From Vicinamibacteria bacterium (GTDB lineage: Bacteria; Acidobacteriota; Vicinamibacteria; Vicinamibacterales; JAENWD01): a stretch of DNA of 64,000 nucleotides. A program made the translations under genes and the position numbers. The notes below the pieces were generated by a model. That model was not told the DNA's origin and did not search any database. It saw only the letters and a list, made by a program, of their open reading frames with translations. Shown piece by piece: positions 7,687 through 18,700 of this stretch (the stretch's first letter is position 1; each line of letters begins with the position of its first letter). The stretch spans positions 157,221 to 221,220 of the forward strand of contig CAWHFZ010000010.1 in NCBI GenBank assembly GCA_963828745.1, read 5' to 3'.

Positions 7687-9867
7687 ATGACATGGTTTCG
7701 GGTTGGCCTCACGGTCGCGCTCCTCACGGCACCCGCAGCCGCGTCGGCTGATGATGGACGACCGCTCACCTTCCGTCCCGCCGCGCCCGGCGTCTGGAAG
7801 GCGACGCTCGGCACGCCGGAAGATCTGACGCTCCTGAGCGCCGCCGGCGCCAGACCCGAGCTCGCGGCACTCGGCGCGATGACGACGCCGCCGTTTCCGC
7901 TGACGGAGGATGCTGGTATCGGTCGCATCGCCAATGGCCGGCTGGCGCTGAGATTTCCCCTCGGTCCGGACGAAGACATCTACGGTCTCGGCGTCGATTT
8001 CGCCTCGATGCGCCGCACCGGACTGAGCTTCCAACTGCACGTCGATCACTGGAGCGGGAGGACCGGCCGTACACATGCGCCGGTGCCGTTCTATGTCTCG
8101 ACGAAGGGGTACGGCGTCTTTATCGACTCCTCGCGATACCTCACGGTGAGCGTCGGCCTGGGCGTGCGCACCGCCGCCACTGTCAAACCCCCTCCAATAG
8201 ATCGGACGACGCACGCGAAGGAATGGGCCGAGTTCCCGCGCTCGGATTCGATTGAAATCCTGGTGCCCGCAGCAGGAGTGAACGTCTACGTCTTCGCCGG
8301 ACCGACGATGCTCGATGCCGTGCGCCGGTACAACCTGTTCTGCGGCGGAGGCGCCCTGCCACCGAAGTGGGGTCTGGGCTTCATGACCCGGACGCCGACC
8401 GCCTACACGGCGGCACAGGTCCTGAGTGAAGTGGCCGAATTCCGCAGACGTGGCATCCCGCTCGACATGATCGGGCTCGAGCCGGGATGGCACGATCATG
8501 CCTACCCGACCTCGTTCCAATGGGACGCCGCGCGATTTCCCGATCCCGCCGGCTTTCTCACGCGTCTGGCTGGCGAGCATGTCCGCGCGAATCTCTGGTT
8601 CAACCCGTACGTGTCGCCGACGTCGTCCCTCTATTCCGCTCTCCTCCCGTTTGCTGGATCGCATCTCGTCTGGAATGGCATCGTCCCCGACTATTCCATG
8701 CCTGCCGCGCGGACGGCCTTCGCGGACCATCTGCGAGCAAAGGTCATGGGGACGGCCGCTGGAGCAATCGGCGGCTTCAAGGTCGATGAGGTCGACGGCT
8801 TCGACTTCTGGCTGTGGCCCGACGTCGCGCAGTTTCCTTCCGGCCACGACGGCGAACAGCTGCGACAAACCTATGGCCTGCTCCTGCAGCGCACATTGAT
8901 GGAGATCTACCGCGGCCTCAATCAACGCACGCTGGGTCAGGTCCGGGGCACGAACGGAGGCGCGTCTCCATTTCCGTTCGTCATTTACAACGACAACTAC
9001 GATTTCAACGAATACATCACCGCGGTTGGGAATACCGGCTTCGCCGGTGTCCTGTGGTCGCCGGAAGTTCGCGCCGGCGAAGGCGAGGACATGCTCCGCC
9101 GGATTCAGGCGGTGTGCTTCTCACCGCTGGCGATCTTCAACGGCTGGGCGACCGACACAAAGCTCTGGACCCATGCCGACGTCGTGGATGCTATCCGCGA
9201 CGCCATTCAATTACGTGCGCGTCTCTTGCCGTACTGGTACACCGCCTTCGCCCAGTACCGTTTTGAAGGCACGCCGGTCATCCGGCCGATGCCACTCGTG
9301 GACGGGTTTATGACGCCAAGCCCGCGGAACGCGGCGGATCCGTTTGCGATTCGCCGAGTCGACGAGATCAAGGATCAGTACATGGTCGGCGATACCTTGC
9401 TCGTGGCGCCGATCGCGCCCGGTGCCAGGACCCGCCGAGTCGTCCTGCCTCCCGGAAAGTGGTACGACTTCTACACCGGCGATCTCGCGGGCGAGCACGA
9501 GACGATCAGCGTGACGCCGCCGCTCGAGCGGATCCCGCTCTTCGTTCGAGATGGCGGGCTCGTCCCGCTGATCCCGGCGCGACAGTTCGCGCCGGGCCGC
9601 GACGACGTGTCACCGCTCGAGGTGAGGTACTACGGCAGCAAGCCTGGCAGCATGCGGCTTTACGACGATGACGGCGAGACGTTCGACTACGAGCGCGGAG
9701 CGCATACGTGGACGCGGCTCGACGATGACGCGAGGCGCCTCGTCAGGGAGGGTGACACCGTCGTCAGGGGCGGCACGTTGGCGGTATGCGGACGTGAGCT
9801 TCGTCCAGATGACGAAGTGACTGGCTCGGCGTGCCATCGCCGACCTCGAGGTCCGTCCTACAGGTGA
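7687..9867 (+). CDS. glycoside hydrolase family 31 (alpha-glucosidase/alpha-xylosidase-like), secreted
   Basis: 726 aa with a signal peptide (LLTAPAAASA). Motifs LPPKWGLGF, DMIGLEPGW, GGFKVDEVDG and WSPEVR. The last ~25 codons are uncertain: an alternative frame ends ..RYADVSFVQMTK at 9820. Confidence 0.8.
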   Translation: MTWFRVGLTVALLTAPAAASADDGRPLTFRPAAPGVWKATLGTPEDLTLLSAAGARPELAALGAMTTPPFPLTEDAGIGRIANGRLALRFPLGPDEDIYGLGVDFASMRRTGLSFQLHVDHWSGRTGRTHAPVPFYVSTKGYGVFIDSSRYLTVSVGLGVRTAATVKPPPIDRTTHAKEWAEFPRSDSIEILVPAAGVNVYVFAGPTMLDAVRRYNLFCGGGALPPKWGLGFMTRTPTAYTAAQVLSEVAEFRRRGIPLDMIGLEPGWHDHAYPTSFQWDAARFPDPAGFLTRLAGEHVRANLWFNPYVSPTSSLYSALLPFAGSHLVWNGIVPDYSMPAARTAFADHLRAKVMGTAAGAIGGFKVDEVDGFDFWLWPDVAQFPSGHDGEQLRQTYGLLLQRTLMEIYRGLNQRTLGQVRGTNGGASPFPFVIYNDNYDFNEYITAVGNTGFAGVLWSPEVRAGEGEDMLRRIQAVCFSPLAIFNGWATDTKLWTHADVVDAIRDAIQLRARLLPYWYTAFAQYRFEGTPVIRPMPLVDGFMTPSPRNAADPFAIRRVDEIKDQYMVGDTLLVAPIAPGARTRRVVLPPGKWYDFYTGDLAGEHETISVTPPLERIPLFVRDGGLVPLIPARQFAPGRDDVSPLEVRYYGSKPGSMRLYDDDGETFDYERGAHTWTRLDDDARRLVREGDTVVRGGTLAVCGRELRPDDEVTGSACHRRPRGPSYR

Positions 9868-11043
9868 TCGGCAATGATCGAAGCCGCGCGAGCAGCGCCA
9901 TCCACATCAGCCTTCTCCGGTGGGTTCGGCTGCGCGAGCAATCGATCGAGCGAGTCCTGCCAGCGGCCGCCGAGCAGGTCCTCGTTCGAGATGAATCCGC
10001 ACCGCAGCCAGCGCGGCATCTCCCGGACCAGCACGTCGTACTCGACGAAGTGCCCGCGCGAGGTGTAGAGCAGCGCCGTATCGTTGGCGATGCATTCCGA
10101 GATGATCCCGTACCCCGGCTTCGTGATCACGATGTCGACGGCTGCGACGACGTCTTCGTAGCGCATCCCGTCCGCGTAGAGCCGCTTCTCGTCAACCATC
10201 CTGACGTTCGCGGGCAGTTTACGCTGCGCCACTGCGTCAGTGGGACCCTGGGCCATATCCGCGCGCGCGGCTCGTCGGCGCGCCGGTTGGCGCCGACATC
10301 AGCGGTGGTCACGACGAGGTAGTCGCGCATCGACGCGATTCGGTCGAGATCGATGCTGGCGAGGCCGTATCCGCCGAATGACAGCAGGACGAGGGGAACA
10401 TCCGCGGGCAGATCGAGCGAGCGCCGCACGTCCTGTGGATCGCGCGCCGTTCGCCGCGCGATGAACGGCAGATCGAAGACGTTGCGGAACATCTCGAAGC
10501 CGCCATGCATCGGCAATCGGAGCGCGAGATCCGCGGCCGAGTACGCTGCGCGTATCTGCTCGACGAACCGGCCGCCGCCCGGCGTCCAGTCGCGATAGCC
10601 GTCGTAGATCCAGTCCCAGGTGAAGTTGCCGAGCGCGATTGCCGGAACGTCCGCAATCCGCGCCGCGGCGAACGCGAGCGGCGGAATATCCCCGACCACG
10701 AGGCTCGCGCTGACGCGACCGCAGCCAGTCCGCCTCCCGCGCCGCGAGCGATTCGAACCCGTCATAGAACGCGGACGCCCGCCGGATCGTTTCGGCTTCG
10801 TCGACGCGGAGGCTGTCGATCTGGATCACGCCGGTGTCGGCGTCGAGCGGCTGCCAGTCGATCGGCCGTGTCAGTGTCAGATCGAAGATCCAGCGAGGCG
10901 CGGACGGTGCGGACTGCAATCGGCGATTTCGCGATGCTCGGCGCCGAGGCGTTGAGGACCTCGATGTCGCGCGCGGCGTGGCCGAAGCCGTGACCGGAGA
11001 TGTACCCGCAGCAGCCGCCACCTGTACCCGTAGACTGGATCAC
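9858..11043 (-). pseudogene. GT-B fold glycosyltransferase-like protein (MurG/YjiC-like), at least 3 frameshifts as sequenced
   Basis: Fragments in three frames join into one protein: ..YISGHGFGHAARDIEVLNA.., ..VVGDIPPLAFAAARIADVPAIALGNFTWDWIY..VLLSFGGYG.. and ..VDIVITKPGYGIISECIANDTALLYTSRGHFVEYDVL... A GTG start lies 2 nt after the lon stop. Confidence 0.6.
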
Positions 11044-11045
11044 GT

Positions 11046-13380
11046 CTAGAACGCGACTTTGAGCACTTCGTCGAGCGTTTCGACCGGAACGAAGGTCATG
11101 CTCTCTCTGAGATCCCCAGGAAGCTCCTCGAGATCGACGGCGTTGCGCGCCGGCAGGATGAACGTGTGAATGCCGTGCCGCCGCGCCGCCAGGGCCTTCT
11201 CGCGAATGCCACCGACGGGCAGCACCAGACCCGAGAGCGTGATTTCGCCGGTCATCGCCACGTCTTCGCGCGTCGGCTGATTGCGGATCGCCGACAAGAT
11301 CGCGGTCGCCATCGTCACGCCCGCCGAGGGACCGTCCTTCGGGATGGCTCCGGCCGGGACGTGCACGTGCAGGTCTTTCCTCTCGAAGAAATCTGTCCGG
11401 CACGCCCAGTTCCGCGGCGTTGGCGCGAATGTGACTGACGGCGGCGCGGGCCGATTCCTGCATAACCGCACCCAGCTGGCCGGTCAGGATGATGTTCTGA
11501 CTGCCGCCCGGAAGCAGAGACGCTTCGATGAACAGCACATCGCCACCGGCCTCGGTCCAGGCGACGCCGGTCGCGACGCCCGGCCGCGACGTCCTGAACG
11601 CCGAGTCCTGCTGGAAACGCGCCGGCCCCAGGTATTCCTTGAGATCGCCGGCATCGACGCGAGTGGTCGCGGGAGGCGCGCCGTTGTCCGTCGCGGGGCG
11701 ACTCGCCGCTCGGGCCGCGATTTTCCGCGCCATCGCGCCAATCTGCCGCTCCAGGCTCCGCACGCCGGCCTCGCGCGTGTACTGGAAGATGATCGCGGCG
11801 AGGGCTTCGTCCGTGATTTCCATCGCGCTCGACGGCAGGCCATGCTCTTCGAGCTGTCGCGGAATCAGATAGCGTCGCGCGATGTGGCGCTTCTCGTCCT
11901 CGGTGTATCCGGGAAGCTGCAGGATCTCCATGCGGTCGAGCAGCGCCGGGTGAAGCGTACCGAGCTGATTGGCGGTCGCGATGAAGAGGACGCGCGAAAG
12001 ATCGAGCGGCACTTCGAGGTAGTGATCGCGAAAGCTGTGGTTCTGCGCCGGGTCGAGCACCTCCAGCAATGCGGCGGCCGGGTCGCCCTGGAACCCGACG
12101 CCGATCTTGTCCATCTCGTCGAGCATGAACACCGGATTGATCGTGCCGGCCTGCCGCATCGACTGGACGATACGCCCGGGGAGCGCGCCGATGTAGGTGC
12201 GGCGGTGGCCTCGGATCTCAGCCTCGTCGCGCACGCCGCCGAGCGACAGGCGCACGAACTTCCGGTTCATCGCGCGCGCGATCGACTGGCCGAGCGAGGT
12301 CTTGCCGACGCCGGGCGGGCCGACGAAGCACAGAATCGGCCCCTTCATGTCGCCCTTGAGCTTGCGAACGGCGAGATACTCGACGATCCGTTCCTTGATC
12401 TTGTCGAGGTCGTAGTGGTCTTCGTCGAGCACGCGGCGCGCTTCGACCGGATCGAGCCGGTCGTCGGAGGCGACGCTCCAGGGGATGTCGAGCAGCCACT
12501 CGAGGTAGGTCCGCGTCATCTGGTAGTCGGGTGACGCACTGTTCATGCGCGCGAGCCGATCCAGTTCCCGCGTCGCCGCTTGCAGCGGTTGTTCAGGAAG
12601 GTTCGCCGCTGCGACCTTCTCGCGCAGCAGCTTGATCTCGTCAGCCTCGCCCTCGCCCAGTTCCTCCTGGATCGCCTTCAACTGCTGGCGCAGGTAGTAC
12701 TGGCGCTGGGCGTCGGACATCTCCTGCTGCGCCTGCGATTCGATCTTGCCCTTCATCTCGAGCAGCTCGATTTCGCGCGACAGCGCGCCGGACACGGCTT
12801 CGAGCTTGGCCAGCAACGGCTCTGCCTCGAGGATGCCTTGCTTCTCCGCGGCCGGCAGGTCGAGCAGGCTCGCCAGCAGGTAAGCCAGGCGCAGCGGATC
12901 GTCGAGGTTCGCGACGACGCCGCGCAGCTCCTGCGACAGGCTGCTGGTGAGGGATAGCGCCCGATCGACCTGTTCCTGGATCCGCCTGACGTAGGCATCC
13001 ACCTCGATCGACTTCGTCACCTTCTCGGGCTGCGGTGAAATCGTCGCGCTCATCGTCTCGCCAGTGCGATTGACGACGTCGGCGTGCGCGCGCTGAAGGC
13101 CCTCGACGATGATCTGGAGACCGGCATTCGTCCGCGCCATCTGCCGGATGATCCCGACGGTGCCGACGCGATGCATGTCGTCGGGGCCCGGATCGTCGGC
13201 GGCCGTCGACTGCAGCGTGAGGAACAGCATGCGATCGCCCTGCAGCGCGCGCTGCACGGCATCGATCGACACGGCGCGGTTCACGCCGAGCGGCAGAATG
13301 CTGAGCGGAAACGCCACTGTCTCGCGGAGCGGCAGGACCGGCAGCGACGACGGGATGGTGGTGGTGGGCGAGTCGGCCAT
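11046..13380 (-). pseudogene. lon: ATP-dependent Lon protease, one frameshift near 11395
   Basis: LON N-domain (LPVLPLRETVAFP), Walker A (GPPGVGKTS) and ALLDRMEI. The protease domain continues in the frame of ORF 11046-11471 ([23 protein letters not shown]). Removing one base at the ccgg run near 11395 restores [19 protein letters not shown]. Confidence 0.85.
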
Positions 13381-13436
13381 GTGCTACGAGGTATTTCACT
13401 CAATTGCGGAGACATGCGTCAAACGGCGCGGAAGGT

Positions 13437-13512
13437 GGACCCGAAGGTCCGGCCGACACGCGGGTCGGTATCGCCACCCCGATCACATGTAGGGCGGACT
13501 TTCAAGTCCGCC
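13437..13512. repeat. REP-like hairpins
   Basis: GGACC-CGAA-GGTCC (13437-13450) and TGTAGGGCGGACT-TTCA-AGTCCGCC (13489-13512). Confidence 0.7.
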
Positions 13513-13543
13513 TTGAACCCTCAGGCCCGCCTCCACCTCGAGC

Positions 13544-13860
13544 ATGCGGTATGCTTGCGCGATGGCTTCGAACGAGCGTGACTTCTTCAGCGAGAAGCAG
13601 GAGACTCGGCCGACGCCGCTGACCTGTCCGCGGTGCCGGCGCAAGCACGACTACCAGCTCCGCTGGGTCCGTCGGATCAAGAAGATCGGATTCCGCCGGG
13701 CGCCGACGAACGCGATCGCGCGCTCTATGCCAAGCTTCGTGACTACATGATTCGCGTCGACGACGTGGTGCACTGCCAGTCGTGTCGCACACGGTTCGAA
13801 GTACCGTCTCACCAGTCGCTCGTTTTCCTGCAGGAAGGCGAGCGCCAGCCGAATTCCTGA
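13544..13860 (+). pseudogene. small zinc-ribbon protein (CxxC..CxxC), one frameshift near 13685
   Basis: ORF 13544-13750 (..LTCPRCRRKHDYQLRWVRRIKK) continues in ORF 13633-13860 (..DERDRALYAKLRDYMIRVDDVVHCQSCRTRFEVP). ATG at 13544 or 13562. Confidence 0.5.
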
Positions 13861-13870
13861 GGGAGAGCGC

Positions 13871-15223
13871 ATGGACACGACATCGCGTCGCGATTTTCTG
13901 AAGACCACTGCGGCGGGACTCGGCGGCGCGGTGGTCGTCGTCGGCGGCGGCACGCGCCGCGGCCGAGCCGAAGACGGCGCCGCAGACGACTCCTGTTCAA
14001 GGCGCCAGCCATCGAGCACGTCCGCGTCGGCTTCGTCGGCGTGGGCGGCATGGGCACGAACCATCTCGACAACTATCTGGCGCTCGAAGGCGTCACCGTC
14101 GCCGCCGTCTGCGATATCGACCAGTCGCACGCCGAGCGTGCCCGCAAGAAGATCGTCGACGCCGGGCAGCCCGAGCCGAAGCTCTTCACGCGCGGCGAGC
14201 GCGACTTCGAGCGGATGTGCGGCGAGCAGGAACTGGATCTCGTGTTCAACGCCACGCCGTGGGAATGGCACGTGCCGGTGATGCTGGCAGCGCTGAAGGC
14301 GGGCAAGCACGCCGCGACGGAGGTGCCGGCCGCGTATCGCGTCGACGACTGCTGGGCGCTGGTCGAAGCGGCGGAGAAGTACAACAAGCACGCGGTGATG
14401 ATGGAGAACTGCTGCTACGACCGGCGCGAGATGCTGACGCTGATGCTGGTCCGGAAGGGGCATCTTCGGCGACCTGCTGCATGCCGAGTGCGGCTATCTC
14501 CACGATCTGCGGTCGATCAAGTTCTCGAAGGAAGGCGAAGGCCTGTGGCGCCGGGCGCACGCCGATCGCACGAAACGGCAATCTCTATCCGACGCACGGG
14601 CTCGGGCCGATCGCGCAGTGCCTTCGACATCAACCGCGGCAACCAGTTCGATTACCTGGTGTCGATGAGCAGTCCAGTCACGCGGCCTGAAGCTGTACGC
14701 GGAGGAGCATCTGCCCGCCGACGATCCGCGGCGCAAGGAGGTCTACAAGCTCGGCGACGTCAACGTGTCGCTGATCCGGACGGTCAAGGGACAGACGATC
14801 TACCTGGCGCACAACTGCGACGACCCGCGCCCGTACAGCCGGCTGCACAAGGTCCAGGGCACGCGTGGATTGATCGAGGGCTGGCCCGATCGCATCCACA
14901 TCGAGGGCCGCAGTCCGAACGACGAGTGGGAGACGCTCGACAAGTACTACGAAGAGTTCGAGCATCCGCTGTGGAAGTCGGAGCGCGTCAAGAAGGCGAC
15001 GCGCGGCCACGGCGGAATGGACTTCCTCGAGGACTTTCGGTTCATCGAGTGCCTGCGCACCGGCCAGCCGGCGGACATGAACGTCTACGACGCGGCGTCG
15101 CTCAGCGTCATCTGCGAGCTGACGGAGCGATCGGTCGCGGACGGCAGCCGTCCGCAGGACGTTCCCGACTTCACGCGCGGCAAGTGGAAGACGACCGAGC
15201 CGCTGGGGATTGTCGAATCCTGA
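13871..15223 (+). pseudogene. Tat-exported Gfo/Idh/MocA-family oxidoreductase (GH109-like), several frameshifts
   Basis: Tat signal MDTTSRRDFLKTTAAGLGGA. Rossmann part VGFVGVGGMGTNHLDNYLALEGVTVAAVCD.. (ORF 14041 frame). C-terminal part ..GTRGLIEGWPDRIHIEG..EHPLWK..HGGMDFLEDFRFIECLRTG (ORF 14765-15223). Confidence 0.7.
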
Positions 15224-15232
15224 GGAACCGCC

Positions 15233-15290
15233 GTAGGGCGGACCTTCAGGTCTCGCCGATGTAGGGCGGGGGCTTGAGCCCCGCCCTGCA
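15233..15290. repeat. REP-like hairpins (2 copies, different stems)
   Basis: GTAGGGCGGACC-TTCA-GGTCTCGCC and TGTAGGGCGGGGGC-TTGA-GCCCCGCCCTGCA. Confidence 0.75.
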
Positions 15291-15302
15291 CCGGATCTCC
15301 GT

Positions 15303-16010
15303 TCACCACACGCCAGGCAATACCCGCCACCGCACCGTCCGTTGATAGTCGACATACTCGTCGCCGAACGCCTCGACGAGCGATCGCTCCTCGAACGGAA
15401 TCGCCACGATCAAGTACGACCGAGCTCACGGCCGCGAAGACGAATCGCGTCCAGGTCATGTCCGGCACGGCGAAGACCATGAGCATCCATCCGAGATAGA
15501 TCGGATGGCGCACGAGGTGATACGGGCCGACGACCTTGAAATCGGTCATTCGATGCTCGTGCCGAGTCCCTGGCGGATGCCGGCGAGCTGCAGCCCGTCG
15601 ATCACTTGCGTCGCGCGCAGCCGTCAGCCAGACGCCGGCGAGAACGATCGTCCAGTGCGGAACGGCCGCTCCAGCCCCGATGGTCGTACAGGCGGCCAGG
15701 CAGCGGCTGCCAGCCCGCGATCAACGACGATCAGGAGCAGGCTCGACGATCCACACGTAGAGCTGAACGCTCGAGATGCGGCGGGCACCCGCGCGCGTCA
15801 GCCGGCGCTTGATCCCGGCGCGCGCGAACAGACTGTGGTGGAGCGCGAAGGCGCTGAAGAGAAGGACGTCGACGAGCGGGCGCCCACGCGGCGTTGGCAT
15901 CCGTCCGGCGCCGGCGCCCATGCCGAGATAGAACGCCGCCGAGCGCGATCGTCAGGCTGACCACGAACGCGGCGCCACCGAGCCAGACGATCGACGCGTG
16001 TGGCCGGACC
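15303..16010 (-). pseudogene. membrane methyltransferase family protein (ICMT/PEMT/NnrU-like), several frameshifts; 5' end uncertain
   Basis: Fragments LLFSAFALHHSLFARAGIKRRLT and GPYHLVRHPIYLGWMLMVFAVPDMTWTRFVFAA. After a 1-nt shift the tail reads ..LIVAIPFEERSLVEAFGDEYVDYQRTVRWRVLPGVW, with the stop at 15303. Confidence 0.6.
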
Positions 16011-16053
16011 CGGCGCCGAAAGGTCAGGCATCGGCCGGTATTATAGTGAGGCC

Positions 16054-17328
16054 ATGGCCGTCCCGCGGGTCGTGATCTCGGGCATCGGCGTCGTCTCGGC
16101 GTTCGGTGTCGGGCGAGAGCGGTTCTGGGACCACGTCAGCCGCGGCGTTACCGCCACCCGTGCCGTCACCGAGTTCGACGTCTCGACGTTCCCGTGCCAG
16201 GTCGCTGCGCCGGTACCGGCGGTGACTCGCGGCCGACGCACAAGTGCTCGACGGCGAAGACGATGCGGATCGCGAGTCGCGCGCCGATCCCAGGCGCTAT
16301 TCACGCGCGGCGCTCCTGGCCGTCATCGCGGCACGCGAGGCGTGGCACGACGCTCACCTTCGCATCGACGAGCCGAACGCCGGGGTCATCATCGGCAGCG
16401 GCGGCGGCGGCATCGACGTCGGCGAAGCGCAGTACCGCGACTTCTTCACCGCCGGCGGCAAGCACGTCACGCCATACGCCATCGCCGTCGGCATCGTCGG
16501 CATGATCTCGAGCGAGGTCTCGATTTCGCTCGGGCTGCGCGGCATCAGCCACGTGCTGTCGACCGGATGCACCAGTTCCACGGATGCGCTCGGCTATGCG
16601 GCGCGCCTGATTCGCGCCGGCGAGGCCGACGTGCTGCTCTCAGGCGGCGCCGACGGGTGCGTCACGCCGGGCATGATCTTCGGCTTTTCGCGGATGCGCG
16701 CGGTTTCGACGCGCTACAACGATCGGCCGTCCGAGGCCTCGCGTCCGTTCGATCGAGGACGCGACGGGTTCGTGCTCGGTGAGGGCGCGTGGATGTACGT
16801 CGTGGAGCGCGAGGATCGGGCGATCGCGCGCGGCGCACGCATCTACGCGACGGTCGAAGGCTACCAGTCCACGTGTGACGCCTATCACCGCGTGCAGATG
16901 GATCCCGATGGACGATGAGATTGTGGCCGCGATGCGTGGGGCGATCGATCGATCCGGGCGCTCACTTCGACGAGATCGGCTACGTCAACTACCACGGCAC
17001 CTCGACACAGCTCAACGACGCCATCGAGTCGCGCTGCACGCGTATGGTGTTCGGCGAGCACGCCGACCGCGTCCCCGGTTCGTCGACGAAGTCGATGATC
17101 GGTCACCCGCAGGGTGCCAGCGGCGCCGCCGGGATCGTCGCCACGGCGCTGGCGCTGCACCGCGGCTTCCTGCCGCCGACGGCCAACCTTACCGATCCCG
17201 ATCCGGCCTGCGACATGGACTTCATCCCGCGTATCGGACGGGCGCAACAGGTCGGCGCCGCGCTGTGCAACTGTCTCGGCTTCGGATCGAAGAACAGCGC
17301 CATTGTGCTTGGCGCGCAGGATGCCTGA
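16054..17328 (+). pseudogene. beta-ketoacyl-ACP synthase (FabF/KAS II-like), 2 frameshifts (~16235, ~16910)
   Basis: RVVISGIGVVSAFG. Active-site Cys in LSTGCTSSTDALGYA. His motifs YVNYHGTSTQLND and STKSMIGHPQGASG. The three frame segments abut in order. Confidence 0.8.
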
Positions 17329-18558
17329 CGACGTGCTGGTCGTCGGTGCGGGTCCGGCGGGATCCGTCGCCGCACTCGTGCTGGCACGCGCCGGCGTCAA
17401 GGTGACGCTGCTCGATCGCTCCGGATTCCCACGCGACAAACTCTGCGGCGATTCGATCAATCCTGGCGCAATGGGGCTCTCTCCGAGCGCACGGACTGGC
17501 GACGGCGATCGAGCACGTCGGCGTGCCAATACGCGGCATGCTCGTGACCGGCCCTGGTAATACCGAAGTGAACGGCAGATACGCAGACGGGATCTGCGGC
17601 CGCAGTATCCGGCGCCGCGGATCTCGATACGCTGCTGCTCGACGCTGCCATTCGTGCCGGCGCCCGATTCGAACCGAACGTGCGCGTGTCCGCGGCAGCG
17701 ACGACAGGCACAGGGCCCGCCAACGCCGTGAACGGCGTCGTCGTCAGCGCAGAAGGCGGCTCGCATGTCGAGCGTCACGCGCGGCTGGTGATCGCCGCCG
17801 ATGGCCGTCGATCGACCCTCGCGTTCGGGCTGGGGCTGGCGAGGCATCCGGCACGGCCGCGGCGCTGGGCGCTCGGCGCCTATTTCGAAGGTGTGATCGG
17901 CCTGGCGGAGCGGGGCGAGATGCACATCGGCAAAGGCCGCTACATAGGTGTGGCGCCGCTCCCTGGCGGCCTTGCCAACGCTGCGTCGTCGTCCCGGAGC
18001 TGGCGGCGAGGAGCTTCATGCACGCACCGGACGTGGCGCTCGAAGCCGCGATTGTGGCGGATGCGCGGCTTGCGCGTACGGTTCGAAAGAGCACGTCGCG
18101 TGACGGATGTGCAAGTGCTCGGTCCGCTTGCCGTCGACGCGGAGAGCGCTGGCGTTCCCGGCCTGTTGCTCGCTGGCGATGCGGCGGGGTTTATCGACCC
18201 GATGACCGGTGACGGGCTGCGGATTGCAATCAAAGGCGCGGAACTGGCCGCCGAAGCAGCCCTCGGGTATCTCCAGGGCCGGATCGGTCAGCCACACCTG
18301 TGGCTGCAGGGGAAGCGGGACACCGAGTTCGCCGGAAAGCTGCGCACGAACCGTTTGCTGCGCTCGCTGGTCGCCCGCCCGCTCGCGCTCAGCGCCGCCG
18401 CGGTCGGCGCCCGGATCGTGCCAGCCGCCGTCGAGCGGATCATCATGTACGCGGGCGATGTGGACGCGCCGGTGCGCGAGGACGTGGACGAAGGTAGGAC
18501 CGTAGGCCGGAGCTTTAGCTCCGGCGAGGACGTGGACGACCGTAGGCCGGAGCTTTAG
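17321..18558 (+). pseudogene. FAD-dependent oxidoreductase, geranylgeranyl-reductase family, at least 4 frameshifts
   Basis: DVLVVGAGPAGSVAALVLARAGVKVTLLDR (FAD fold), RLVIAADGRRS and LLLAGDAAGFIDPMTGDGLRIAIKG. The start overlaps the KAS stop by 8 nt. The last ~20 codons are encoded by REP copies. Confidence 0.7.
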
Positions 18559-18620
18559 CTCCGGCGATCGTGGCCCAAGCTAAAGCTTGGGCCTACGACA
18601 CTAGGCTTGGGCCTACGACG
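18501..18620. repeat. REP-like cluster (4 copies, two stem variants, both orientations)
   Basis: CGTAGGCCGGAGC-TTTA-GCTCCGGCG occurs twice (18501, 18541), each preceded by the duplicated GAGGACGTGGACGA. Also GGCCCAAGC-TAAA-GCTTGGGCCTAC (18572-18596) and a partial CTAGGCTTGGGCCTAC. Confidence 0.8.
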
Positions 18621-18630
18621 CCGTGAACGC

Positions 18631-18696
18631 GTGCACCTGTGGCACTCGTCGCACCTGTCGCACCTGTCGCACCCGCATCTTCACCTCTCGCACCGG
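18631..18696 (+). repeat. tandem 9-mer array (CGCACCTGT units)
   Basis: gtgcacctgtggcactcgtcgcacctgtcgcacctgtcgcacccgcatcttcacctctcgcacc. It ends 5 nt before the stop of the minus-strand esterase. Confidence 0.75.
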
Positions 18697-18700
18697 CCTC

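Noticed and set aside
9818-9867. Frameshift at the extreme 3' end of the GH31 gene
   Set aside because: An alternative frame ends ..RYADVSFVQMTK at 9820 and would remove the 10-nt overlap with the convergent gene. Without homologue comparison I cannot decide, so I kept the ORF as given.
10762-13380. 872-aa Lon ORF with a ~210-aa Arg-rich tail
   Set aside because: The tail is out-of-frame read-through. The genuine Lon protease domain continues in ORF 11046-11471, and beyond 11046 the ORF crosses the next gene.
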